In this document: piece by piece, positions 1 through 16,115 of the stretch
How the letters are laid out: the number at the start of each line of letters is the position of its first letter
Position numbering within the stretch: the stretch's first letter is position 1
From: the human T2T-CHM13v2.0 reference genome, Homo sapiens
Assembly: GCF_009914755.1 (NCBI RefSeq)
Contig: NC_060925.1
Direction: 5' to 3' (one strand)
Length of the DNA stretch: 64,000 nt
Notes under the pieces: generated by a model
Told to the model about the DNA's origin: nothing
Seen by the model: the letters and a program-made list of their open reading frames with translations, nothing else
Databases searched by the model: none
Made by a program: the position numbers and the translations under genes

Positions 1-433
<433 letters not shown>

Positions 434-453
434 GCTGAAGGAGGCGCCTGGCT

Positions 454-465
454 GCCCCAAGAGCC
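454..465 (-). promoter_or_regulatory. D-box upstream promoter element of mammalian 5S genes (representative; unchanged in all units)
   Basis: Minus strand GGCTCTTGGGGC at exactly -32..-21 from the start at 433. Confidence 0.88.
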
Positions 466-1030
466 CAGCCCGGCCCGGCCGTGCCCGCCGGATTGCAGCC
501 GACACCGCCAGCCCGGGGCCGCGGGGCTCGGATCAGGGACCCCCGAGCCGCTGGCCCGCGGCCTTCCCCCGGCTCCCGCGCTCCCGAGCTTCCACCACAT
601 CGGGCCCGCTCGGAGCAGGGAGTGCTCCGAGGCGTCAGGGCCCAGGGCCCACGATCCTGGGACGCCCTCCGGTCCTCCGCCCTGTCGCGGAGGCAGCGTT
701 TTGGATCCCTCGCCGCACAGGGGCTCCTGCGAGGCCCCCTCTTGCCCCACCCACCCAGAGCCGTCAGGGCTGGCCGAAGGCGAACAGCCGGCCCAGCCTC
801 GCGGGGCCTTTCTCTCACAACGCCCCCACCACGGTCGCTTGTCCCGACCAAGACCCGGCCGGGGGGGCAAGAGGGCGTGGGGTGTAGCGGGTCGGGGGGT
901 GGCCCTGTTTTGCCCCGGGCTGGCACTAGAGGCGGCGGCCTGATCTCGGGTGAGAGGGCCTGAGAGAAACCCAGACACACCCCACCGCCACCAGGAGCAA
1001 ATCCACTCCCCCACACACAGACACACCCGG

Positions 1031-1127
1031 GCGCGCTCGCACGCGCGCGCGCGGACACACACACACACACCCACACACAGACACACACGCACACACGCAC
1101 GCGCACACGCACGCACACACACACGCG
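1031..1127. repeat. Compound (CG)n/(CA)n microsatellite (representative; one per unit, length-polymorphic)
   Basis: gcgcgctcgcacgcgcgcgcgcggacacac...acacgcg; perfect purine/pyrimidine alternation 1081-1127. Confidence 0.95.
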
Positions 1128-1131
1128 GCTT

Positions 1132-1390
1132 GAAGGAGAGCAAGGACGAGATGGATCGAGAGATAGAGACCGAGGGAGGGAGAGAGACAGCGATCGAGAG
1201 AGACAGGGGAGGGCGAGAGGGAAGGAGACAGACAGAGAGGCTGAGAAAGAGAGAGGCACAGAGAAAGAGAGAGAGAGAGACAGAGAGACAGAGGGAAAAC
1301 GACAGAAGTAGCGCGAGGTCCAGGGGGAAACCCAGAAGAGAGAGGCGGAGGGAGCTAGAGAGCGAGAGCGATAGAGCCTTAGAGAGGAAG
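1132..1390 (+). repeat. GA-rich low-complexity polypurine tract (representative; one per unit)
   Basis: Degenerate (GA)n/(GAGACA)n, e.g. gagaaagagagagagagagacagagagacagaggg. Confidence 0.92.
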
Positions 1391-2232
1391 CGCCCGGCTC
1401 CGTTAGGCAGCGCCCTCTTGAGCAGGCCGGGATAGGGTGGAGGGGGCTTGGGCTGCGCCCAGAACACGGGGGCCAGGCGGTCCGTGCGAGAGGACCAACG
1501 GAGCGCTGAGGCGGGCGTTTTCTTGGATGAATTGCTTGCTTTGGAGGTGGGTTTCGTAGGCTCCTGCCTTTCTTGGCACCTCCCTGTGCTCTGGGTGCCT
1601 TGCGGCGGGCCCCGAGATTTGCAGAGCGCGCCCGCCCGTTTGGCGGGAGCCGTGGCACCGGGCGGGCCCGGAGGCCTGGGTCTCTGGCGAGTCCTCGGGA
1701 CTGGAGTCGTCGACACGAAGCGGGGGGCATTGGGAATCCCGGGTGCACAGGGCCTGCTTTCCCGGTGGCTGGCGAAGCAATGTCCTTCCCCCGGGTAAAG
1801 CAGCCCATGCGTTCCGGAGCCGACGTCTTGGCTGGCGTCTGTGGCACCCGCTGCCCCTGCCCGCCCCTTCCCCCGGTTTGGAAGGGTGCGACGACGGCGC
1901 CCGATGGGTGAATTGAATCGCCTGGGCGTTCCGGGAGCGGGAAGGCACCGCGAACGGCAGGGAACCCAGCGGCTGCGCCTTTGGGGCCCGGGCCCCTGCC
2001 CTCCCAGGCTGGAGCCGGGCTCCTGGCGGGGCGGCGGCGAGGCGGAAGCGGTGGGATGCTGCTGCCCGGCCGGCGTGCAGTAGGGGCGGACCCCCAGCAG
2101 GAGGACCCCGGCTGCGGGCTGCGGCGGGGGTGTAGGTGGGCGGTAAAGGGGGAGCAGAGTCAGGGGAGGTTGGGAAGCATGGCGATTGTGGGGGGAAGGG
2201 AGGCAGCGGGGAAGCCACAAAAGCCTACAGCA

Positions 2233-2673
<441 letters not shown>

Positions 2674-4472
2674 GCTGAAGGAGGCGCCTGGCTGCCCCAA
2701 GAGCCCAGCCCGGCCCGGCCGTGCCCGCCGGATTGCAGCCGACACCGCCAGCCCGGGGCCGCGGGGCTCGGATCGGGGACCCCCGAGCCGCTGGCCCGCG
2801 GCCTTCCCCCGGCTCCCGCGCTCCCGAGCTTCCACCACATCGGGCCCGCTCGGAGCAGGGAGTGCTCCGAGGCGTCAGGGCCCAGGGCCCACGATCCTGG
2901 GACGCCCTCCGGTCCTCCGCCCTGTCGCGGAGGCAGCGTTTTGGATCCCTCGCCGCACAGGGGCTCCTGCGAGGCCCCCTCTTGCCCCACCCACCCAGAG
3001 CCGTCAGGGCTGGCCGAAGGCGAACAGCCGGCCCAGCCTCGCGGGGCCTTTCTCTCACAACGCCCCCACCACGGTCGCTTGTCCCGACCAAGACCCGGCC
3101 GGGGGGGCAAGAGGGCGTGGGGTGTAGCGGGTCGGGGGGTGGCCCTGTTTTGCCCCGGGCTGGCACTAGAGGCGGCGGCCTGATCTCGGGTGAGAGGGCC
3201 TGAGAGAAACCCAGACACACCCCACCGCCACCAGGAGCAAATCCACTCCCCCACACACAGACACACCCGGGCGCGCTCGCACGCGCGCGCGCGGACACAC
3301 ACACACACACCCACACACAGACACACACGCACACACGCACGCGCACACGCACGCACACACACACGCGGCTTGAAGGAGAGCAAGGACGAGATGGATCGAG
3401 AGATAGAGACCGAGGGAGGGAGAGAGACAGCGATCGAGAGAGACAGGGGAGGGCGAGAGGGAAGGAGACAGACAGAGAGGCTGAGAAAGAGAGAGGCACA
3501 GAGAAAGAGAGAGAGAGAGACAGAGAGACAGAGGGAAAACGACAGAAGTAGCGCGAGGTCCAGGGGGAAACCCAGAAGAGAGAGGCGGAGGGAGCTAGAG
3601 AGCGAGAGCGATAGAGCCTTAGAGAGGAAGCGCCCGGCTCCGTTAGGCAGCGCCCTCTTGAGCAGGCCGGGATAGGGTGGAGGGGGCTTGGGCTGCGCCC
3701 AGAACACGGGGGCCAGGCGGTCCGTGCGAGAGGACCAACGGAGCGCTGAGGCGGGCGTTTTCTTGGATGAATTGCTTGCTTTGGAGGTGGGTTTCGTAGG
3801 CTCCTGCCTTTCTTGGCACCTCCCTGTGCTCTGGGTGCCTTGCGGCGGGCCCCGAGATTTGCAGAGCGCGCCCGCCCGTTTGGCGGGAGCCGTGGCACCG
3901 GGCGGGCCCGGAGGCCTGGGTCTCTGGCGAGTCCTCGGGACTGGAGTCGTCGACACGAAGCGGGGGGCATTGGGAATCCCGGGTGCACAGGGCCTGCTTT
4001 CCCGGTGGCTGGCGAAGCAATGTCCTTCCCCCGGGTAAAGCAGCCCATGCGTTCCGGAGCCGACGTCTTGGCTGGCGTCTGTGGCACCCGCTGCCCCTGC
4101 CCGCCCCTTCCCCCGGTTTGGAAGGGTGCGACGACGGCGCCCGATGGGTGAATTGAATCGCCTGGGCGTTCCGGGAGCGGGAAGGCACCGCGAACGGCAG
4201 GGAACCCAGCGGCTGCGCCTTTGGGGCCCGGGCCCCTGCCCTCCCAGGCTGGAGCCGGGCTCCTGGCGGGGCGGCGGCGAGGCGGAAGCGGTGGGATGCT
4301 GCTGCCCGGCCGGCGTGCAGTAGGGGCGGACCCCCAGCAGGAGGACCCCGGCTGCGGGCTGCGGCGGGGGTGTAGGTGGGCGGTAAAGGGGGAGCAGAGT
4401 CAGGGGAGGTTGGGAAGCATGGCGATTGTGGGGGGAAGGGAGGCAGCGGGGAAGCCACAAAAGCCTACAGCA

Positions 4473-4913
<441 letters not shown>

Positions 4914-6712
4914 GCTGAAGGAGGCGCCTGGCTGCCCCAAGAGCCCAGCCCGGCCCGGCCGTGCCCGCCGGATTGCAGCCGACACCGCCAGCCCGGGGCC
5001 GCGGGGCTCGGATCGGGGACCCCCGAGCCGCTGGCCCGCGGCCTTCCCCCGGCTCCCGCGCTCCCGAGCTTCCACCACATCGGGCCCGCTCGGAGCAGGG
5101 AGTGCTCCGAGGCGTCAGGGCCCAGGGCCCACGATCCTGGGACGCCCTCCGGTCCTCCGCCCTGTCGCGGAGGCAGCGTTTTGGATCCCTCGCCGCACAG
5201 GGGCTCCTGCGAGGCCCCCTCTTGCCCCACCCACCCAGAGCCGTCAGGGCTGGCCGAAGGCGAACAGCCGGCCCAGCCTCGCGGGGCCTTTCTCTCACAA
5301 CGCCCCCACCACGGTCGCTTGTCCCGACCAAGACCCGGCCGGGGGGGCAAGAGGGCGTGGGGTGTAGCGGGTCGGGGGGTGGCCCTGTTTTGCCCCGGGC
5401 TGGCACTAGAGGCGGCGGCCTGATCTCGGGTGAGAGGGCCTGAGAGAAACCCAGACACACCCCACCGCCACCAGGAGCAAATCCACTCCCCCACACACAG
5501 ACACACCCGGGCGCGCTCGCACGCGCGCGCGCGGACACACACACACACACCCACACACAGACACACACGCACACACGCACGCGCACACGCACGCACACAC
5601 ACACGCGGCTTGAAGGAGAGCAAGGACGAGATGGATCGAGAGATAGAGACCGAGGGAGGGAGAGAGACAGCGATCGAGAGAGACAGGGGAGGGCGAGAGG
5701 GAAGGAGACAGACAGAGAGGCTGAGAAAGAGAGAGGCACAGAGAAAGAGAGAGAGAGAGACAGAGAGACAGAGGGAAAACGACAGAAGTAGCGCGAGGTC
5801 CAGGGGGAAACCCAGAAGAGAGAGGCGGAGGGAGCTAGAGAGCGAGAGCGATAGAGCCTTAGAGAGGAAGCGCCCGGCTCCGTTAGGCAGCGCCCTCTTG
5901 AGCAGGCCGGGATAGGGTGGAGGGGGCTTGGGCTGCGCCCAGAACACGGGGGCCAGGCGGTCCGTGCGAGAGGACCAACGGAGCGCTGAGGCGGGCGTTT
6001 TCTTGGATGAATTGCTTGCTTTGGAGGTGGGTTTCGTAGGCTCCTGCCTTTCTTGGCACCTCCCTGTGCTCTGGGTGCCTTGCGGCGGGCCCCGAGATTT
6101 GCAGAGCGCGCCCGCCCGTTTGGCGGGAGCCGTGGCACCGGGCGGGCCCGGAGGCCTGGGTCTCTGGCGAGTCCTCGGGACTGGAGTCGTCGACACGAAG
6201 CGGGGGGCATTGGGAATCCCGGGTGCACAGGGCCTGCTTTCCCGGTGGCTGGCGAAGCAATGTCCTTCCCCCGGGTAAAGCAGCCCATGCGTTCCGGAGC
6301 CGACGTCTTGGCTGGCGTCTGTGGCACCCGCTGCCCCTGCCCGCCCCTTCCCCCGGTTTGGAAGGGTGCGACGACGGCGCCCGATGGGTGAATTGAATCG
6401 CCTGGGCGTTCCGGGAGCGGGAAGGCACCGCGAACGGCAGGGAACCCAGCGGCTGCGCCTTTGGGGCCCGGGCCCCTGCCCTCCCAGGCTGGAGCCGGGC
6501 TCCTGGCGGGGCGGCGGCGAGGCGGAAGCGGTGGGATGCTGCTGCCCGGCCGGCGTGCAGTAGGGGCGGACCCCCAGCAGGAGGACCCCGGCTGCGGGCT
6601 GCGGCGGGGGTGTAGGTGGGCGGTAAAGGGGGAGCAGAGTCAGGGGAGGTTGGGAAGCATGGCGATTGTGGGGGGAAGGGAGGCAGCGGGGAAGCCACAA
6701 AAGCCTACAGCA

Positions 6713-7153
<441 letters not shown>

Positions 7154-8951
7154 GCTGAAGGAGGCGCCTGGCTGCCCCAAGAGCCCAGCCCGGCCCGGCC
7201 GTGCCCGCCGGATTGCAGCCGACACCGCCAGCCCGGGGCCGCGGGGCTCGGATCGGGGACCCCCGAGCCGCTGGCCCGCGGCCTTCCCCCGGCTCCCGCG
7301 CTCCCGAGCTTCCACCACATCGGGCCCGCTCGGAGCAGGGAGTGCTCCGAGGCGTCAGGGCCCAGGGCCCACGATCCTGGGACGCCCTCCGGTCCTCCGC
7401 CCTGTCGCGGAGGCAGCGTTTTGGATCCCTCGCCGCACAGGGGCTCCTGCGAGGCCCCCTCTTGCCCCACCCACCCAGAGCCGTCAGGGCTGGCCGAAGG
7501 CGAACAGCCGGCCCAGCCTCGCGGGGCCTTTCTCTCACAACGCCCCCACCACGGTCGCTTGTCCCGACCAAGACCCGGCCGGGGGGGCAAGCGGGCGTGG
7601 GGTGTAGCGGGTCGGGGGGTGGCCCTGTTTTGCCCCGGGCTGGCACTAGAGGCGGCGGCCTGATCTCGGGTGAGAGGGCCTGAGAGAAACCCAGACACAC
7701 CCCACCGCCACCAGGAGCAAATCCACTCCCCCACACACAGACACACCCGGGCGCGCTCGCACGCGCGCGCGCGGACACACACACACACACACACACACAG
7801 ACACACACGCACACACGCACGCGCACACGCACGCACACACACACGCGGCTTGAAGGAGAGCAAGGACGAGATGGATCGAGAGATAGAGACCGAGGGAGGG
7901 AGAGAGACAGCGATCGAGAGAGACAGGGGATGGCGAGAGGGAAGGAGACAGACAGAGAGGCTGAGAAAGAGAGAGGCACAGAGAAAGAGAGAGAGAGAGA
8001 CAGAGAGACAGAGGGAAAACGACAGAAGTAGCGCGAGGTCCAGGGGGAAACCCAGAAGAGAGAGGCGGAGGGAGCTAGAGAGCGAGAGCGATAGAGCCTT
8101 AGAGAGGAAGCGCCCGGCTCCGTTAGGCAGCGCCCTCTTGAGCAGGCCGGGATAGGGTGGAGGGGGCTTGGGCTGCGCACAGAACACGGGGGCCAGGCGG
8201 TCCGTGCGAGAGGACCAACGGAGCGCTGAGGCGGGCGTTTTCTTGGATGAATTGCTTGCTTTGGAGGTGGGTTTCGTAGGCTCCTGCCTTTCTTGGCACC
8301 TCCCTGTGCTCTGGGTGCCTTGCGGCGGGCCCCGAGATTTGCAGAGCGCGCCCGCCCGTTTGGCGGGAGCCGTGGCACCGGGCGGGCCCGGAGGCCTGGG
8401 TCTCTGGCGAGTCCTCGGGACTGGAGTCGTCGACACGAAGCGGGGGGCATTGGGAATCCCGGGTGCACAGGGCCTGTTTTCCCGGTGGCTGGCGAAGCAA
8501 TGTCCTTCCCCCGGGTAAAGCAGCCCATGCGTTCCGGAGCCGACGTCTTGGCTGGCGTCTGTGGCACCCGCTGCCCCTGCCCGCCCCTTCCCCCGGTTTG
8601 GAAGGGTGCGACGACGGCGCCCGATGGGTGAATTGAATCGCCTGGGCGTTCCGGGAGCGGGAAGGCACCGCGAACGGCAGGGAACCCAGCGGCTGCGCCT
8701 TTGGGGCCCGGGCCCCTGCCCTCCCAGGCTGGAGCCGGGCTCCTGGCGGGGCGGCGGCGAGGCGGAAGCGGTGGGATGCTGCTGCCCGGCCGGCGTGCAG
8801 TAGGGGCGGACCCCCAGCAGGAGGACCCCGGCTGCGGGCTGCGGCGGGGGTGTAGGTGGGCGGTAAAGGGGGAGCAGAGTCAGGGGAGGTTGGGAAGCAT
8901 GGCGATTGTGGGGGGAAGGGAGGCAGCGGGGAAGCCAAAAAGCCTACAGCA

Positions 8952-9392
<441 letters not shown>

Positions 9393-10011
9393 GCTGAAGG
9401 AGGCGCCTGGCTGCCCCAAGAGCCCAGCCCGGCCCGGCCGTGCCCGCCGGATTGCAGCCGACACCGCCAGCCCGGGGCCGCGGGGCTCGGATCGGGGACC
9501 CCCGAGCCGCTGGCCCGCGGCCTTCCCCCGGCTCCCGCGCTCCCGAGCTTCCACCACATCGGGCCCGCTCGGAGCAGGGAGTGCTCCGAGGCGTCAGGGC
9601 CCAGGGCCCACGATCCTGGGACGCCCTCCGGTCCTCCGCCCTGTCGCGGAGGCAGCGTTTTGGATCCCTCGCCGCACAGGGGCTCCTGCGAGGCCCCCTC
9701 TTGCCCCACCCACCCAGAGCCGTCAGGGCTGGCCGAAGGCGAACAGCCGGCCCAGCCGCGCGGGGCCTTTCTCTCACAACGCCCCCACCACGGTCGCTTG
9801 TCCCGACCAAGACCCGGCCGGGGGGGCAAGAGGGCGTGGGGTGTAGCGGGTCGGGGGGTGGCCCTGTTTTGCCCCGGGCTGGCACTAGAGGCGGCGGCCT
9901 GATCTCGGGTGAGAGGGCCTGAGAGAAACCCAGACACACCCCACCGCCACCAGGAGCAAATCCACTCCCCCACACACAGACACACCCGGGCGCGCTCGCA
10001 CGCGCGCGCGC

Positions 10012-10047
<36 letters not shown>

Positions 10048-11195
10048 ACACGCACACACGCACGCGCACACGCACGCACACACACACGCGGCTTGAAGGA
10101 GAGCAAGGACGAGATGGATCGAGAGATAGAGACCGAGGGAGGGAGAGAGACAGCGATCGAGAGAGACAGGGGAGGGCGAGAGGGAAGGAGACAGACAGAG
10201 AGGCTGAGAAAGAGAGAGGCACAGAGAAAGAGAGAGAGAGAGACAGAGAGACAGAGGGAAAACGACAGAAGTAGCGCGAGGTCCAGGGGGAAACCCAGAA
10301 GAGAGAGGCGGAGGGAGCTAGAGAGCGAGAGCGATAGAGCCTTAGAGAGGAAGCGCCCGGCTCCGTTAGGCAGCGCCCTCTTGAGCAGGCCGGGATAGGG
10401 TGGAGGGGGCTTGGGCTGCGCCCAGAACACGGGGGCCAGGCGGTCCGTGCGAGAGGACCAACGGAGCGCTGAGGCGGGCGTTTTCTTGGATGAATTGCTT
10501 GCTTTGGAGGTGGGTTTCGTAGGCTCCTGCCTTTCTTGGCACCTCCCTGTGCTCTGGGTGCCTTGCGGCGGGCCCCGAGATTTGCAGAGCGCGCCCGCCC
10601 GTTTGGCGGGAGCCGTGGCACCGGGCGGGCCCGGAGGCCTGGGTCTCTGGCGAGTCCTCGGGACTGGAGTCGTCGACACGAAGCGGGGGGCATTGGGAAT
10701 CCCGGGTGCACAGGGCCTGTTTTCCCGGTGGCTGGCGAAGCAATGTCCTTCCCCCGGGTAAAGCAGCCCATGCGTTCCGGAGCCGACGTCTTGGCTGGCG
10801 TCTGTGGCACCCGCTGCCCCTGCCCGCCCCTTCCCCCGGTTTGGAAGGGTGCGACGACGGCGCCCGATGGGTGAATTGAATCGCCTGGGCGTTCCGGGAG
10901 CGGGAAGGCACCGCGAACGGCAGGGAACCCAGCGGCTGCGCCTTTGGGGCCCGGGCCCCTGCCCTCCCAGGCTGGAGCCGGGCTCCTGGCGGGGCGGCGG
11001 CGAGGCGGAAGCGGTGGGATGCTGCTGCCCGGCCGGCGTGCAGTAGGGGCGGACCCCCAGCAGGAGGACCCCGGCTGCGGGCTGCGGCGGGGGTGTAGGT
11101 GGGCGGTAAAGGGGGAGCAGAGTCAGGGGAGGTTGGGAAGCATGGCGATTGTGGGGGGAAGGGAGGCAGCGGGGAAGCCACAAAAGCCTACAGCA

Positions 11196-11636
<441 letters not shown>

Positions 11637-13434
11637 GCTGAAGGAGGCGCCTGGCTGCCCCAAGAGCCCAGCCCGGCCCGGCCGTGCCCGCCGGATTGCA
11701 GCCGACACCGCCAGCCCGGGGCCGCGGGGCTCGGATCGGGGACCCCCGAGCCGCTGGCCCGCGGCCTTCCCCCGGCTCCCGCGCTCCCGAGCTTCCACCA
11801 CATCGGGCCCGCTCGGAGCAGGGAGTGCTCCGAGGCGTCAGGGCCCAGGGCCCACGATCCTGGGACGCCCTCCGGTCCTCCGCCCTGTCGCGGAGGCAGC
11901 GTTTTGGATCCCTCGCCGCACAGGGGCTCCTGCGAGGCCCCCTCTTGCCCCACCCACCCAGAGCCGTCAGGGCTGGCCGAAGGCGAACAGCCGGCCCAGC
12001 CTCGCGGGGCCTTTCTCTCACAACGCCCCCACCACGGTCGCTTGTCCCGACCAAGACCCGGCCGGGGGGGCAAGAGGGCGTGGGGTGTAGCGGGTCGGGG
12101 GGTGGCCCTGTTTTGCCCCGGGCTGGCACTAGAGGCGGCGGCCTGATCTCGGGTGAGAGGGCCTGAGAGAAACCCAGACACACCCCACCGCCACCAGGAG
12201 CAAATCCACTCCCCCACACACAGACACACCCGGGCGCGCTCGCACGCGCGCGCGCGGACACACACACACACACCCACACACAGACACACACGCACACACG
12301 CACGCGCACACGCACGCACACACACACGCGGCTTGAAGGAGAGCAAGGACGAGATGGATCGAGAGATAGAGACCGAGGGAGGGAGAGAGACAGCGATCGA
12401 GAGAGACAGGGGAGGGCGAGAGGGAAGGAGACAGACAGAGAGGCTGAGAAAGAGAGAGGCACAGAGAAAGAGAGAGAGAGAGACAGAGAGACAGAGGGAA
12501 AACGACAGAAGTAGCGCGAGGTCCAGGGGGAAACCCAGAAGAGAGAGGCGGAGGGAGCTAGAGAGCGAGAGCGATAGAGCCTTAGAGAGGAAGCGCCCGG
12601 CTCCGTTAGGCAGCGCCCTCTTGAGCAGGCCGGGATAGGGTGGAGGGGGCTTGGGCTGCGCCCAGAACACGGGGGCCAGGCGGTCCGTGCGAGAGGACCA
12701 ACGGAGCGCTGAGGCGGGCGTTTTCTTGGATGAATTGCTTGCTTTGGAGGTGGGTTTCGTAGGCTCCTGCCTTTCTTGGCACCTCCCTGTGCTCTGGGTG
12801 CCTTGCGGCGGGCCCCGAGATTTGCAGAGCGCGCCCGCCCGTTTGGCGGGAGCCGTGGCACCGGGCGGGCCCGGAGGCCTGGGTCTCTGGCGAGTCCTCG
12901 GGACTGGAGTCGTCGACACGAAGCGGGGGGCATTGGGAATCCCGGGTGCACAGGGCCTGCTTTCCCGGTGGCTGGCGAAGCAATGTCCTTCCCCCGGGTA
13001 AAGCAGCCCATGCGTTCCGGAGCCGACGTCTTGGCTGGCGTCTGTGGCACCCGCTGCCCCTGCCCGCCCCTTCCCCCGGTTTGGAAGGGTGCGACGACGG
13101 CGCCCGATGGGTGAATTGAATCTCCTGGGCGTTCCGGGAGCGGGAAGGCACCGCGAACGGCAGGGAACCCAGCGGCTGCGCCTTTGGGGCCCGGCCCCCT
13201 GCCCTCCCAGGCTGGAGCCGGGCTCCTGGCGGGGCGGCGGCGAGGCGGAAGCGGTGGGATGCTGCTGCCCGGCCGGCGTGCAGTAGGGGCGGACCCCCAG
13301 CAGGAGGACCCCGGCTGCGGCTGCGGCGGGGGTGTAGGTGGGCGGTAAAGGGGGAGCAGAGTCAGGGGAGGTTGGGAAGCATGGCGATTGTGGGGGGAAG
13401 GGAGGCAGCGGGGAAGCCACAAAAGCCTACAGCA

Positions 13435-13875
<441 letters not shown>

Positions 13876-15674
13876 GCTGAAGGAGGCGCCTGGCTGCCCC
13901 AAGAGCCCAGCCCGGCCCGGCCGTGCCCGCCGGATTGCAGCCGACACCGCCAGCCCGGGGCCGCGGGGCTCGGATCGGGGACCCCCGAGCCGCTGGCCCG
14001 CGGCCTTCCCCCGGCTCCCGCGCTCCCGAGCTTCCACCACATCGGGCCCGCTCGGAGCAGGGAGTGCTCCGAGGCGTCAGGGCCCAGGGCCCACGATCCT
14101 GGGACGCCCTCCGGTCCTCCGCCCTGTCGCGGAGGCAGCGTTTTGGATCCCTCGCCGCACAGGGGCTCCTGCGAGGCCCCCTCTTGCCCCACCCACCCAG
14201 AGCCGTCAGGGCTGGCCGAAGGCGAACAGCCGGCCCAGCCGCGCGGGGCCTTTCTCTCACAACGCCCCCACCACGGTCGCTTGTCCCGACCAAGACCCGG
14301 CCGGGGGGGCAAGAGGGCGTGGGGTGTAGCGGGTCGGGGGGTGGCCCTGTTTTGCCCCGGGCTGGCACTAGAGGCGGCGGCCTGATCTCGGGTGAGAGGG
14401 CCTGAGAGAAACCCAGACACACCCCACCGCCACCAGGAGCAAATCCACTCCCCCACACACAGACACACCCGGGCGCGCTCGCACGCGCGCGCGCGGACAC
14501 ACACACACACACACACACACAGACACACACGCACACACGCACGCGCACACGCACGCACACACACACGCGGCTTGAAGGAGAGCAAGGACGAGATGGATCG
14601 AGAGATAGAGACCGAGGGAGGGAGAGAGACAGCGATCGAGAGAGACAGGGGAGGGCGAGAGGGAAGGAGACAGACAGAGAGGCTGAGAAAGAGAGAGGCA
14701 CAGAGAAAGAGAGAGAGAGAGACAGAGAGACAGAGGGAAAACGACAGAAGTAGCGCGAGGTCCAGGGGGAAACCCAGAAGAGAGAGGCGGAGGGAGCTAG
14801 AGAGCGAGAGCGATAGAGCCTTAGAGAGGAAGCGCCCGGCTCCGTTAGGCAGCGCCCTCTTGAGCAGGCCGGGATAGGGTGGAGGGGGCTTGGGCTGCGC
14901 CCAGAACACGGGGGCCAGGCGGTCCGTGCGAGAGGACCAACGGAGCGCTGAGGCGGGCGTTTTCTTGGATGAATTGCTTGCTTTGGAGGTGGGTTTCGTA
15001 GGCTCCTGCCTTTCTTGGCACCTCCCTGTGCTCTGGGTGCCTTGCGGCGGGCCCCGAGATTTGCAGAGCACGCCCGCCCGTTTGGCGGGAGCCGTGGCAC
15101 CGGGCGGGCCCGGAGGCCTGGGTCTCTGGCGAGTCCTCGGGACTGGAGTCGTCGACACGAAGCGGGGGGCATTGGGAATCCCGGGTGCACAGGGCCTGCT
15201 TTCCCGGTGGCTGGCGAAGCAATGTCCTTCCCCCGGGTAAAGCAGCCCATGCGTTCCGGAGCCGACGTCTTGGCTGGCGTCTGTGGCACCCGCTGCCCCT
15301 GCCCGCCCCTTCCCCCGGTTTGGAAGGGTGCGACGACGGCGCCCGATGGGTGAATTGAATCGCCTGGGCGTTCCGGGAGCGGGAAGGCACCGCGAACGGC
15401 AGGGAACCCAGCGGCTGCGCCTTTGGGGCCCGGGCCCCTGCCCTCCCAGGCTGGAGTCGGGCTCCTGGCGGGGCGGCGGCGAGGCGGAAGCGGTGGGATG
15501 CTGCTGCCCGGCCGGCGTGCAGTAGGGGCGGACCCCCAGCAGGAGGACCCCGGCTGCGGGCTGCGGCGGGGGTGTAGGTGGGCGGTAAAGGGGGAGCAGA
15601 GTCAGGGGAGGTTGGGAAGCATGGCGATTGTGGGGGGAAGGGAGGCAGCGGGGAAGCCACAAAAGCCTACAGCA

Positions 15675-16115
<441 letters not shown>

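Noticed and set aside
737-875. 12-bp inverted repeat ccctcttgcccc / ggggcaagaggg
   Set aside because: Low-complexity GC-rich arms 115 bp apart, broken in unit 4; plausible by chance
920-938. CTCF-like motif ctggcactagaggcggcgg
   Set aside because: Mismatches at core positions of CCASYAGRKGGC; cannot be supported without ChIP data
2219-2232. Possible remnant of a second 5S pseudogene
   Set aside because: Similarity stops exactly at the Alu 5' end after 14 bp; better explained as the TSD
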